Below are positions 28,983-38,212 of a stretch of DNA of 64,000 nt, piece by piece. Position 1 is the first letter of the stretch; every line of letters starts with the position of its first letter. The notes beneath the pieces were generated by a model. It saw only the letters and a program-made list of their open reading frames with translations, did no database searches and had not been told where the DNA came from. This DNA comes from Candidatus Poribacteria bacterium (GTDB lineage Bacteria; Poribacteria; WGA-4E; WGA-3G), in NCBI GenBank assembly GCA_963665235.2, contig CAXXLX010000001.1, positions 320,001 to 384,000 of the forward strand, in the 5' to 3' direction. The position numbers and the translations under genes were made by a program.

Positions 28983-29128
28983 ATTAGTGTAAAATAAAGT
29001 AACGCGTTGATTAAGCGCGACTGCTGGCAACGGATGCCAGTGCTGCACGGTAAAGACTGTCTGCATAGTAGACGGGCTAGCAGCAAAAAAGCAGACAAAC
29101 AGATTCTTAAAATAGGAGGAAAAAGCAC

Positions 29129-30970
29129 ATGTTGGAATTTACGAATCTTGATTCCCTTTACGCTCATGTAGAAAACAGTCCTCTAACGGATTACAAGCGT
29201 TATGAGGTGATTGATTTTTTTCGGGAGTTTAGGGACGCGAAAAAGGAAGCAAATGATTCTGAAGCTGCTGAGAAAGCACAATGGGAGATTCACTTCCTAT
29301 GGTTCCATTTAAAAGAAGGGAACATCGGACCTGAGTGGGAACAAACCGACAATGGTCAAGTATTTGTATACCCACATTTGGATCTATTTGATGAAAAAAC
29401 ATACGAATATTTGATCTGCAGGCTGCAGACCACCAATAATCCAACACTAAAAGCTCGCTATGCTCATATCCTCTGGTGTAGTCTGAAAAAACATCATAAA
29501 TATGCCAAAACAGCCGTTGATTCATACCTTGAGTCGATTTCAATTTATGAGCGAGGATATGATAACGATGAAGATTACGCTCAGGATATTAGAAAAGTTG
29601 TCATGAACGCTCATGTTATTGCTTGTCAAAGCAATTATGAAGTAGAGAAAATCAAAATGGAGTTATTGCGACTGATTCAAAAATTCAGTTTAGGTGCTGT
29701 ATTTTCGGCGCAGACTCTTATTGATTTCATGTTAAAGTTCACAAAAAGGTTTACTAAAGAAGATTTTGAGGGTTTACAGAATATATGCTGGCAAATTGCC
29801 GAATCTTTTTCAGATGATGGAGATAGTGCAATTACCTTTCTCAAGCTTGGAAGAAAAGTTGATCAGAGACTTGAAAAGCAGTCTCATAATTGGATACTCC
29901 GGATTGCACAACATAATGAAGCTCAAATGAAGCAGCGTGAAGCGGACCCGATTGTTGCCTTGCATTTTTGCATGCAGGCGATTGAAAACTACAAAACGGC
30001 AGGCAATGAAGAAAAGGTAAAGGAATTAGAAAAAAGATACGCCGAGCTCAGAGATGCTATGGAATTTCACACGAACGGGATAGATGATGATGTAACAGAA
30101 ATTGTAACGGCAGCAAGAGACTATGCACAAGATTTTGTTAAGAATGCTACCTCTGAGGAAATTATTGGCTGCTTAATTTCAGATAAATATTTTCTGCCAA
30201 CGGTTCAAGGAACTGAAAAATCAGTGAAAGAGCAAATTAAGAGCTCTCCAATCTTTCATCTTTTTCCCAAGGTTATATTGGACCAAAGCAAAAATACGGC
30301 TCAGCATTTTGAGACCGATGATGAGAAGAAACGTCATAGTATCCTTGAGAGCTATCGATTGCAACTTGAAATAGGAAACATCTATTTAATCGATACCTTT
30401 CTCTTTGAAGCGATCTCGGAGCGAAAATTGACTATTGGTATACTATTAGATTATTTGAACAAACATTGTTGGTATGGAAAAAGTCTGAATTGGTTGAGTT
30501 TAATTGCTCCATCTCTCAATAAATATTTTCGTCAGATAGATTTTTATTTAGCCTATCCAGGGCGGAATCATCCTAACTTTGTTTTGTGTCTCGATTCCTT
30601 GACCCTAAAGATAGAAGGACTTTTTAGAAATTTATGTCGTCTGTCTGGTGTCTCAACTACCTATCACAGACAAGATCGGGCCGGCCGAAATATCGCGCAG
30701 GAAAAAGATATTGATATGTTGTTACGTGAAGAAGCGATTCAAGACCTATTTGACGAAGACGATCTACTATTTTTCAGGTTCCTCTTAGTCGAAAAAGTTG
30801 GATACAATTTAAGGCATAAAATTGCACATTCTTTACTACCTTTTCATCAATATGATGTTTCTTATATGAACCTGATGATATTAGCCTTACTCCGCTTAGG
30901 AAAGTATGATCTTGTGCAGGAAAATTCTCAGGAAGATGACGCTGAATGTGAACAAGAAAATAATCAATAG
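29129..30970 (+). CDS. DUF4209-type protein with C-terminal HEPN-like Rx4H motif; probable defence protein
   Basis: Helical N-terminus, LKIEGLFR and GYNLRHKIAH; AT-rich; RBS AGGAGG. Confidence 0.75.
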   Translation: MLEFTNLDSLYAHVENSPLTDYKRYEVIDFFREFRDAKKEANDSEAAEKAQWEIHFLWFHLKEGNIGPEWEQTDNGQVFVYPHLDLFDEKTYEYLICRLQTTNNPTLKARYAHILWCSLKKHHKYAKTAVDSYLESISIYERGYDNDEDYAQDIRKVVMNAHVIACQSNYEVEKIKMELLRLIQKFSLGAVFSAQTLIDFMLKFTKRFTKEDFEGLQNICWQIAESFSDDGDSAITFLKLGRKVDQRLEKQSHNWILRIAQHNEAQMKQREADPIVALHFCMQAIENYKTAGNEEKVKELEKRYAELRDAMEFHTNGIDDDVTEIVTAARDYAQDFVKNATSEEIIGCLISDKYFLPTVQGTEKSVKEQIKSSPIFHLFPKVILDQSKNTAQHFETDDEKKRHSILESYRLQLEIGNIYLIDTFLFEAISERKLTIGILLDYLNKHCWYGKSLNWLSLIAPSLNKYFRQIDFYLAYPGRNHPNFVLCLDSLTLKIEGLFRNLCRLSGVSTTYHRQDRAGRNIAQEKDIDMLLREEAIQDLFDEDDLLFFRFLLVEKVGYNLRHKIAHSLLPFHQYDVSYMNLMILALLRLGKYDLVQENSQEDDAECEQENNQ

Positions 30971-30994
30971 TCAAAGCAGGCAGATTCTTAACGT

Positions 30995-31056
30995 CTTCCT
31001 GAATTAGGCGCGTCGTTTATGTCAACGTTGAATCACGCGGATTATTGAGGGGTTAC
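30995..31056 (+). pseudogene. Remnant of a Type ISP gene 3' end
   Basis: Reads IRRVVYVNVES/(frameshift)RIIEGL versus IKRIVYVSVESARIIDRL at the end of 23143-27963. Confidence 0.65.
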
Positions 31057-31185
31057 AGTTTATATTAACTGCAGCGGAATAAGGGGCAGGCACACTGCAC
31101 ATAACAAAACGTCATTACACAGAAACCAATAATCCGCGCCATCCGTGTAATCCGCGATTCAGAAATATTTTAAGGAGGAACACCC

Positions 31186-32562
31186 ATGAATACGCAAAAC
31201 GAATCCAATACACAAACCGACCTTAGCCGTGTCTTGGCAAAGATTACTGATATAGTCGAAAAATCTGCCGAAGGTGACTACATCTACCGCGGGGAGTCTA
31301 ATAAATGCCATAAAAAAGTCTCCTCGAATCTCTATCGCGAATACAAGGCTGATATTGAAGCAGAAAACTTTGATATAGCGGTTGTCCAAGAGGAAATCCT
31401 GAGGGAAGCGAGAGAATATACCACTTCCGAAATGACTGACTCTGAAATCCTCACAGAGCTCCAGCACCACGGCGGAAAGACGAATCTCATTGACTTTACG
31501 ACTGACTACCTTGTTGCCCTCTTTTTCGCCTGCGATGGCAACCGTGACAAGCCCGGGAGGGTCATATTAGTCCAAAGACAATCTGAAGCTTACGAAGTCG
31601 TAAAACCGCCTAGAACAATCGAGCGTGTTGGATTCCAGAAAAGTATCTTCGTTCGATCACCCAGTGGTGTTGTTGAACCAGACGATGTCGTGTATATCCC
31701 AGCAGACTTAAAAGGGGCCATGCTCCACTACCTCCGAAAGCACCACGACATCTCGACCAAAACCATCTATAACGACCTCCAGGGATTCATTGAAAATCAG
31801 AACAGTCATAAGAGCGCGTATGCGAATTTTTATAAGGGCCGCACCTGCCAAATTCGTGGGGATTCAACAAAGGATCCGGTGGAAAAACAGGCATCGTATG
31901 GTAAAGCGGTTGAGCATTATACCGAAGCTATTGACTTAAACCCTGAGTATACTAAGGCTTATAACAACCGCGGTGTTGCTTACAATAGCATAGGTGAGTA
32001 TGACAGGGCCCTCCAAGACTATAACAAAGCCATAGACTTGAAACCTGAACTTGTCCTACCCTATAGCAATCGGGGCAATGTTTACGTTGAGAAAGGGGAG
32101 GTTGACAGAGCTATCCAAGACTATAACAAAGCCATAGACTTGAAACCCGAGTATGCCATTGCTTACAACAATCGGGGCACTGCTTACCAGGACATAGGCA
32201 AGTTGGACACTGCTATCCAAGACTATAACAAAGCCATAGACTTGAAACCCGAGTATGTCGATGCCTATAACAATCGGGGCACTGCTTATAGTATCATAGG
32301 CGATTTTGATAAGGCTATCCAAGACTATAACAAAGCCATAGACTTGAAACCCATGCTTGCCGAAGTCTATTACAATCGGGGGGCAGCGTGGTTGCTTCTG
32401 CAAGAATGGGAAAACGCCAAAGCGGATCTCAGTACCGCCAAAAATATGGGTTTTAACATCGCCGGTTCATTTCATAACTACTTCGGAAACGTTGCAGCCT
32501 TTGAGACAAAGCATGGCGTGAAGGTGCCGGAAGACATCGCAGCACTGTTAAGCCGAGATTGA
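31186..32562 (+). CDS. FRG domain + TPR repeat protein
   Basis: YIYRGE, LQHHGGKTNLIDFTTDYLVALFFAC, FQKSIF; tandem AYNNRG...AIQDYNKAIDLKP TPRs. Confidence 0.9.
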   Translation: MNTQNESNTQTDLSRVLAKITDIVEKSAEGDYIYRGESNKCHKKVSSNLYREYKADIEAENFDIAVVQEEILREAREYTTSEMTDSEILTELQHHGGKTNLIDFTTDYLVALFFACDGNRDKPGRVILVQRQSEAYEVVKPPRTIERVGFQKSIFVRSPSGVVEPDDVVYIPADLKGAMLHYLRKHHDISTKTIYNDLQGFIENQNSHKSAYANFYKGRTCQIRGDSTKDPVEKQASYGKAVEHYTEAIDLNPEYTKAYNNRGVAYNSIGEYDRALQDYNKAIDLKPELVLPYSNRGNVYVEKGEVDRAIQDYNKAIDLKPEYAIAYNNRGTAYQDIGKLDTAIQDYNKAIDLKPEYVDAYNNRGTAYSIIGDFDKAIQDYNKAIDLKPMLAEVYYNRGAAWLLLQEWENAKADLSTAKNMGFNIAGSFHNYFGNVAAFETKHGVKVPEDIAALLSRD

Positions 32563-32585
32563 AACTGACACTCCGAAAATGCGAT

Positions 32586-32666
32586 TGTTATAAACATAAC
32601 GCACCTATGGTGCTAAAAACGCAGCAGATACGCGCTGCTATAAACATACCGCACCGCTGGTGCTAC
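32586..32666. repeat. REP-like doublet CTATAAACATA-CGCACC-TGGTGCTA
   Basis: Two tandem copies; the arm is the reverse complement of the ATGTTTATAG arm in the 21431/22971 repeats. Confidence 0.55.
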
Positions 32667-32800
32667 AGACTCAAATTGTGTATGATCTATACATATCTTG
32701 AAATCCGCGTCACCCGTGTAATCCGCGATTCAGACAGAATGAGGAACAAGGCACCCTGCACATAACAAAACCACATCACACAGAAAACCAATAATCCGCC

Positions 32801-34003
32801 TTAATCCACATCTATAGTAATAAAGACAGCATTTAGCACCTCACGTTCCCGTTTTCCGGAGGGTTTATTAATAACCTTATCGCTAACAACAAAGGTGCTG
32901 GATGACCCGCCGTCCAGATTAATCGCCTCCGTCGCGCCAAGTTCACTGAGGATACTGGCGAGTTCATAGAGCGTCAAGCCGGTGCTATATCTCGGTTGTC
33001 TTCCATCAGCGACAACTAAAAACAGGGTGTCGTCGTTATAACCTAAAGCCGTTCTGGGTTCGTGACTCAGATTTAGCTGTGCGTTGCGTTTACCGGGGGT
33101 ATGCTTCTTTTCAGCGAGGTGTGCATCCACAAGCGTCTGATTTATTTTCCCATTTTTGAGGAGCCGGAGCCTGCCCCCAATGGCATGGCGAGCCTGATTC
33201 CATGCAGGGGGTGAAAGCGAAACCTTAAGTGTGCCCGCTGCCCCTGGGATAAACTGTGCAACGCTATCACTCTTTTGGCGTGTGCTAATCCAGAGGATCG
33301 CGCCATCTTTCGGAATAGCGGTGTTTCCATCAGTTGAGACCGCCTCCACACGATAAGGGTGCGCATAGTTAGGTGTTAGCGGGAGTGGCAATCCGCTGAG
33401 GACGACCTCCTTACCTCTTCGGCGGCGAGTGTGTGTAGATTCACCGAGTCGTGGCGTGTAAAGCGTCACGAGACATCCATCAAGCCTACGCTGATTTATA
33501 CATCCGAGTTCTAGGGTATGCGCTCCTATCTGTAGACTTGCTTTCATTTGCACGGGGGTGCTCAAAAATTCACCGGAGTCGGTTACGCCGAAACATGCGT
33601 CTATATCTGTTGGTTGCGTCATCAGTTCGCCATCTTGGATATGCAGATTTTCCAGTACCCCGCCGTAGCCGCTCATATCCCCGAGCACACCGAAACCGCC
33701 ATTGACAGCGACAACGACACGTCTATCGCCACGTTTTGTGCGGCGCGCCGCCATTGCACGTACTGTCTCCTTTCCTATAATCTGCCCATTACCGAGAGCC
33801 ACCTCAAAATGCAGGTTCGGCTGTTGTCGAGACATCTCTGCAACATACAGCACACACGTCTCGACATCCCAATCGTAGCGATACAGCTGCAACCCGGGCG
33901 ACACCTCCGGAGAGAGCACTGTCTTTTTACCGCCAGCCTCTGCCACGGTAGGGATGAGACATAAGCATAAAAGGATGCTGTACAGTTTCAGTCCAAGTCG
34001 CAT
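32801..34003 (-). CDS. Secreted phosphodiester glycosidase (NAGPA/DUF2233 family)
   Basis: AVNGGF, HEPRTALG, VADGRQ, AINLDGGSSS. Confidence 0.9.
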   Translation of the reverse strand: MRLGLKLYSILLCLCLIPTVAEAGGKKTVLSPEVSPGLQLYRYDWDVETCVLYVAEMSRQQPNLHFEVALGNGQIIGKETVRAMAARRTKRGDRRVVVAVNGGFGVLGDMSGYGGVLENLHIQDGELMTQPTDIDACFGVTDSGEFLSTPVQMKASLQIGAHTLELGCINQRRLDGCLVTLYTPRLGESTHTRRRRGKEVVLSGLPLPLTPNYAHPYRVEAVSTDGNTAIPKDGAILWISTRQKSDSVAQFIPGAAGTLKVSLSPPAWNQARHAIGGRLRLLKNGKINQTLVDAHLAEKKHTPGKRNAQLNLSHEPRTALGYNDDTLFLVVADGRQPRYSTGLTLYELASILSELGATEAINLDGGSSSTFVVSDKVINKPSGKREREVLNAVFITIDVD

Positions 34004-34006
34004 TTT

Positions 34007-34366
34007 TTACCCCTTTTTACGAAAAATTTCAACAGCGAAATAGGCAATCGGCTGTTCTATTGGCGGATGCAGCTTTTTGACGGTCAGCTGCACCGTATCC
34101 ACCGGGAACTCTTTTAAAATCGCCGCTGCTATCGCCTCAGCCAGAGCCTCAATCAGTTGGAACGACTGGCGCGTGCCAATCTCAACGATACGGTTAACCA
34201 CAGCGGCGTAGTCAATTGTATACGCGAGTGCATCGCTACGCCCGGCGGTCTCAAGCGAACATCCGAGTGTTGCATCGATTTCATAATGTCCCCCCACCTT
34301 ACGTTCAGCTTCAGGTACCCCGTGATGCCCATGAAATCGGATGCCTTTGATGATAATGCTGTCCAT
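34007..34366 (-). CDS. folB: Dihydroneopterin aldolase
   Basis: FHGHHGV..AER, TIDY, LIEALAE. Confidence 0.95.
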   Translation of the reverse strand: MDSIIIKGIRFHGHHGVPEAERKVGGHYEIDATLGCSLETAGRSDALAYTIDYAAVVNRIVEIGTRQSFQLIEALAEAIAAAILKEFPVDTVQLTVKKLHPPIEQPIAYFAVEIFRKKG

Positions 34367-34443
34367 GTTGAATCACTTGTGTTATCTGTTTCTCGACTTC
34401 CCTCTATTTTACCAGCTAATTGGCTAAAAATCAAGGGTAAAAT

Positions 34444-34472
34444 TTGACTTCACGGCCCTATTATGATATACT
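34444..34472 (+). promoter_or_regulatory. sigma70 promoter of moaDE
   Basis: TTGACT-17-TATACT. Confidence 0.65.
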
Positions 34473-34508
34473 TTCTCTATAAATTCAAATTGTAGGAAGA
34501 GACCAAAC

Positions 34509-34763
34509 ATGAAAGTTACAGTTAAATATTTTGCCGTATGCCACGAAATGTTAGACCGCTCCGAAGAGGAGATGGAACTGCCTGAAGGGGCAACCGTCCA
34601 AACGATTCTGAAACAGCTTGAGACAGAATGGCCAGAAATCGCTGAGTTTTACGAAGTGATGCAAATGTCTGTGAATTGGGAATACGCCACAGAAAACACC
34701 GAACTCGCCGAGGGAGATGAAGTGGCACTAATTCCGCCAGTCACAGGAGGGCGGGATGTTTAA
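34509..34763 (+). CDS. moaD: Molybdopterin synthase sulfur carrier subunit
   Basis: VKYFA...GDEVALIPPVTGG followed by a 3-aa extension RDV. Confidence 0.9.
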   Translation: MKVTVKYFAVCHEMLDRSEEEMELPEGATVQTILKQLETEWPEIAEFYEVMQMSVNWEYATENTELAEGDEVALIPPVTGGRDV

Positions 34764-35193
34764 GATAACCGCCGAAGTCATCACAGGGGCGGAGGTGCGT
34801 GAAGCCGTGGAAACACCAGAGGCAGGCGCGGTCATCCTATTTCTCGGCACCGTTCGAAACAACACAGACGGCAGACCGGTAACCTGTCTCGAATATGAGG
34901 CGTACCCGCCGATGGCAGAGAAGAAGATGGCAGAAATTGCAGCCGAGATTGCCGAAAAGTGGGGTATCCAACGGGTTGCTATGGTGCACCGCATCGGAAA
35001 ATTGGAAATCGGTGAGGTGAGCGTAGCAGTCGCTGTTGCGTCCCCGCACCGAAAAGATGGGTTTGAAGCGTGTCAATACGCAATGAATCGCCTCAAACAG
35101 ATTGTGCCTATCTGGAAACGCGAAGTGTGGGCAGACGGCGAAGCGGAATGGGTGAAACCGGATGCTGTCTTCTTTGACGCACCCCGAAATTAA
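34756..35193 (+). CDS. moaE: Molybdopterin synthase catalytic subunit
   Basis: GAVILFLGTVR, LEYEAY, HRIG, SPHR, LKQIVPIWKRE. Confidence 0.95.
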   Translation: MFKITAEVITGAEVREAVETPEAGAVILFLGTVRNNTDGRPVTCLEYEAYPPMAEKKMAEIAAEIAEKWGIQRVAMVHRIGKLEIGEVSVAVAVASPHRKDGFEACQYAMNRLKQIVPIWKREVWADGEAEWVKPDAVFFDAPRN

Positions 35194-35199
35194 ACGGGA

Positions 35200-36324
35200 T
35201 TACGTCACACAAAACCGCTTCACAAACTGACTGAAAATTGAGACAGCCTTATCAAACTGGTCTAACGCCATCCACTCATTGACGGTATGTGCCTGTTTAA
35301 TGCTACCCGGCCCGATGATGACAGTTTCCATGTGTTGTCCAAAGGCAGCAGCATCGGTGCCATACGCGACAGTTCTCGGCTGTGTTTCGCCTGTAATTTC
35401 AAGAGCTGCTTGAATAATTTCAGCGTCAGGCGGCGTGCGTACCGGGGGTGCCTCAATAAATATATCAAATGTCAACCCGTGGGTTTCAGCAGCGGTGCGG
35501 GCACGGTTAACCCATACCTGTGGGTCATCGCCGGGCATCGGACGGTAGTTAATATTGCAGACACTCAACGGTGAAGTGATATTTGCGGTGCACTCGCCAT
35601 CACTGAGCGTAATATTCCAATCGGTGAAAGGCGGTGAAAATTCGTAATTGAAGTATCGGGTATCGGTTGTCAATTCGTGATAAATGTCCCGCATTTCGGA
35701 GAGAAACGGAATTAACTTCAGCGTAGCATTATCCCCTTCACCTGTGCTGCTGTGTGCTGCCCTACCGATTGCTGTGACAGTGAATCGAACAACGCCTTTG
35801 TGAGCATATACGGCGTGCAGTTCTGTGGGTTCACCGACAACGCCGTAGCGTGGAAACCCATATTTTTGGAACATCTCCGACTTTTCAACGACCGCCTGTG
35901 CCCCCAAGTAGCCGACCTCTTCGTCAGCCGTTATGACGACATATAGCGGTGCATCTAGGTCGGACGCTTTATACCGGGATGCGGTTTCAATCATACAAGC
36001 GACGCTCCCCTTCATGTCGCAGCTGCCGCGGCCGTACATTTTTCCATCAGCAATCCGTGCCTCAAACGGATTTTCGGACCAACCGATAGCAGGTACTGTA
36101 TCTATATGACCGAGAAGTGCCAATCCACGTTCCCCGGTGTCGCGCCCTTTGCGTCCAATCAGATTCACCTTTAGCACGCCTGCTGCATCGGTGTATTCAA
36201 CCCGTTCAACCTCACAATCAACAGATTCCAACGTTTCAGTAAGGAAGTCGGTCACCTCAACGTTGCTTCGGGGGCTCACAGTATTATATCCAATAAGAGT
36301 TTTGGTCAGTTCTTTTGCATTCAT
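35200..36324 (-). CDS. argE: M20 metallopeptidase, acetylornithine deacetylase-like
   Basis: GHIDTVP, YGRGSCDMKG, DEEVG, GEPT, AHTVNE. Confidence 0.75.
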   Translation of the reverse strand: MNAKELTKTLIGYNTVSPRSNVEVTDFLTETLESVDCEVERVEYTDAAGVLKVNLIGRKGRDTGERGLALLGHIDTVPAIGWSENPFEARIADGKMYGRGSCDMKGSVACMIETASRYKASDLDAPLYVVITADEEVGYLGAQAVVEKSEMFQKYGFPRYGVVGEPTELHAVYAHKGVVRFTVTAIGRAAHSSTGEGDNATLKLIPFLSEMRDIYHELTTDTRYFNYEFSPPFTDWNITLSDGECTANITSPLSVCNINYRPMPGDDPQVWVNRARTAAETHGLTFDIFIEAPPVRTPPDAEIIQAALEITGETQPRTVAYGTDAAAFGQHMETVIIGPGSIKQAHTVNEWMALDQFDKAVSIFSQFVKRFCVT

Positions 36325-36366
36325 AGTTCAATTCTACAAAAATCCGCGAAATTTGTCAAATATTTT

Positions 36367-37656
36367 TTAGGTTATCACCTGCAACCCGCCCATATACGGT
36401 TGTAACACGGCAGGCACACGGACAGTACCATCCGGGTTCTGATACGTCTCAAGGAGTGCGATAACAACACGGGGGAGTGCTGTACCAGAAGCGTTGAGCG
36501 TGTGAATAAATTCAGGTTTCGCCCCGGCTTCCCTGCGGAATCGGATATTTGCGCGGCGGGCTTGGAACGCCTCAAAGTTGCTACAGGAGGAAACCTCAAG
36601 AAACCGTTCTCCTGCGGGTGCCCAGACCTCAATATCGTAGCATTTCGCAGCGGCGAACGACAGCTCCCCCATGCAATGCTGCACAACGCGATACGGCAAT
36701 CCGAGTGCTTGTAAAACACGTTCCGCATTTAATAAAAGCGATTCGTGTTCTGCATAAGAGGTTTCAGGCGTTGTGAACTTTACCATCTCCACCTTATCAA
36801 ATTGATGGATACGCTGCAAGCCGCGGGTCTCTCTCCCGTATGCTCCCGCCTCACGCCTGAAACAGGGGGTGTAGGCGGTATAATAGATAGGCAATTCATC
36901 GGCAGCCAATATTTCACCTGCGAAAAGGTTCGTCACGGGCACCTCTGCGGTCGGAATCAGAAACAGGTCGCTATCCGGATTTTCTTCGTCCCTATCGCAT
37001 CGATACATATCCGCCTCAAATTTGGGGAGTTGACCCGTGCCGGTCATTGTGGGCCGGTTCGCAAGGAATGGGGGTGAGACTTCAGTATAACCGTGTTCGG
37101 TTGTGTGTAAGTCAAGCATAAATTGGATTAGGGCACGTTCCAATCGTGCGCCCAGGCCTTTGAATAGGACGAAGTTGCTTCCTGCCACCTTCGCGCCTCG
37201 CTGAAAATCGACGATATCCAATTGTTCTGCGATTTCCCAGTGCGGTTTCAGTTCAAAATCGGCATCCGGTTTTTCGCCCCAGGTTTTGATTTCGGTGTTA
37301 TCCGCCTCGCTTGTTCCAATAGGCGTACTTTCTTCAGGCATATTCGGAATTGTTAACAGGATGGCATCTATTTCAGTTTTGAGAACGTTCGCGGCAGCGG
37401 TCTGCTCCTTGATTTTTTGAGAGAGTTCGCGCATCTCGGTAATCGTCTCCGTTGCGTCCTCCTTCGCCCGTTTTAATTCCGCAATCTGTTGAGAGACCCT
37501 GTTCTGATGTGCTTGGAGAGCTTGTGTATTTGTCAGATTTTCGCGCCAATGTGTATCCAATTCAAGCAACCGGTCCAGTGCCGCGGCAGTGTGTCGGTTT
37601 TCTAACATTTTTTGCACATCTGCTGCATTTTCGCGAATAAATTTGAGGTCAATCAC
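36367..37656 (-). CDS. serS: Serine--tRNA ligase
   Basis: LIPTAEVP, FRREAG, HQFDKVE, EVSSCSN, HTLNAS. Confidence 0.98.
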   Translation of the reverse strand: MIDLKFIRENAADVQKMLENRHTAAALDRLLELDTHWRENLTNTQALQAHQNRVSQQIAELKRAKEDATETITEMRELSQKIKEQTAAANVLKTEIDAILLTIPNMPEESTPIGTSEADNTEIKTWGEKPDADFELKPHWEIAEQLDIVDFQRGAKVAGSNFVLFKGLGARLERALIQFMLDLHTTEHGYTEVSPPFLANRPTMTGTGQLPKFEADMYRCDRDEENPDSDLFLIPTAEVPVTNLFAGEILAADELPIYYTAYTPCFRREAGAYGRETRGLQRIHQFDKVEMVKFTTPETSYAEHESLLLNAERVLQALGLPYRVVQHCMGELSFAAAKCYDIEVWAPAGERFLEVSSCSNFEAFQARRANIRFRREAGAKPEFIHTLNASGTALPRVVIALLETYQNPDGTVRVPAVLQPYMGGLQVIT

Positions 37657-37752
37657 GGTGGTTCAGCTCCTGTTTTTTAGATTTATCTGATAACGAAAAA
37701 GCCACAGCATTGTTAAACACAATCTGTGGCTAATCCGTGCGTCTTATGAAAA

Positions 37753-37827
37753 CGGACCCGACGGGATTTGAACCCGCGACCTCCTGCGTGACAGGCAGGC
37801 GCGCTAAGCCAACTGCGCCACGAGTCC
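37753..37827 (-). tRNA. tRNA-Asp (GTC), CCA not encoded
   Basis: GGACTCGTGGCGCAGTTGG...CCTGTCACG...GGTTCAAATCCCGTCGGGTCCG cloverleaf. Confidence 0.97.
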
Positions 37828-37846
37828 ATGAGATACCCTTAACAGG

Positions 37847-37920
37847 TAGGCGGGACAGGACTTGAACCTGTGACCTACAGCTTGTAAGGCTGTCGCTCTA
37901 GCCACCTGAGCTACCCGCCC
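37847..37920 (-). tRNA. tRNA-Val (TAC), CCA not encoded
   Basis: GGGCGGGTAGCTCAGGTGG...CCTTACAAG...GGTTCAAGTCCTGTCCCGCCTA. Confidence 0.97.
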
Positions 37921-37997
37921 AAAATGAGACTTCGGTTCAAACGAAACGTTTGTATTTCTGCACCGAAAAAACTATCTCATTCTTAAGGACGTTATTA

Positions 37998-38026
37998 AGT
38001 ATACCACATAATGTAGCATTTGTCAA
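37998..38026 (-). promoter_or_regulatory. sigma70 promoter of tRNA-Val/tRNA-Asp(/serS)
   Basis: TTGACA-17-TATACT on the minus strand. Confidence 0.75.
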
Positions 38027-38212
38027 GAAAATTTGCATTTTTTTCAAAAAAAATGACTTTTTTAGAAATTAATCCAGAAAAAACGGTCGAGTGTCAAAGT
38101 TTTTTCAGAAAAATAGGACAGACTTTTTGGTAACGCGAACGGTAAATAATTCGTTTAATTATGTGGTAAGATGTTTAAAAAAAAACGAAATAAAACCGTA
38201 GGAGTAAAAACT

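Noticed and set aside
28988-29115. Retron msr-msd
   Set aside because: No reverse transcriptase nearby
27957-32800. Integron cassette array or CRISPR
   Set aside because: No intI tyrosine recombinase, no clear attC RYYYAAC/GTTRRRY boxes, and unit centres are homologous to one another rather than unique spacers
37753-37920. tRNA-anchored genomic island or prophage
   Set aside because: No integrase and no duplicated tRNA 3' end seen in the window
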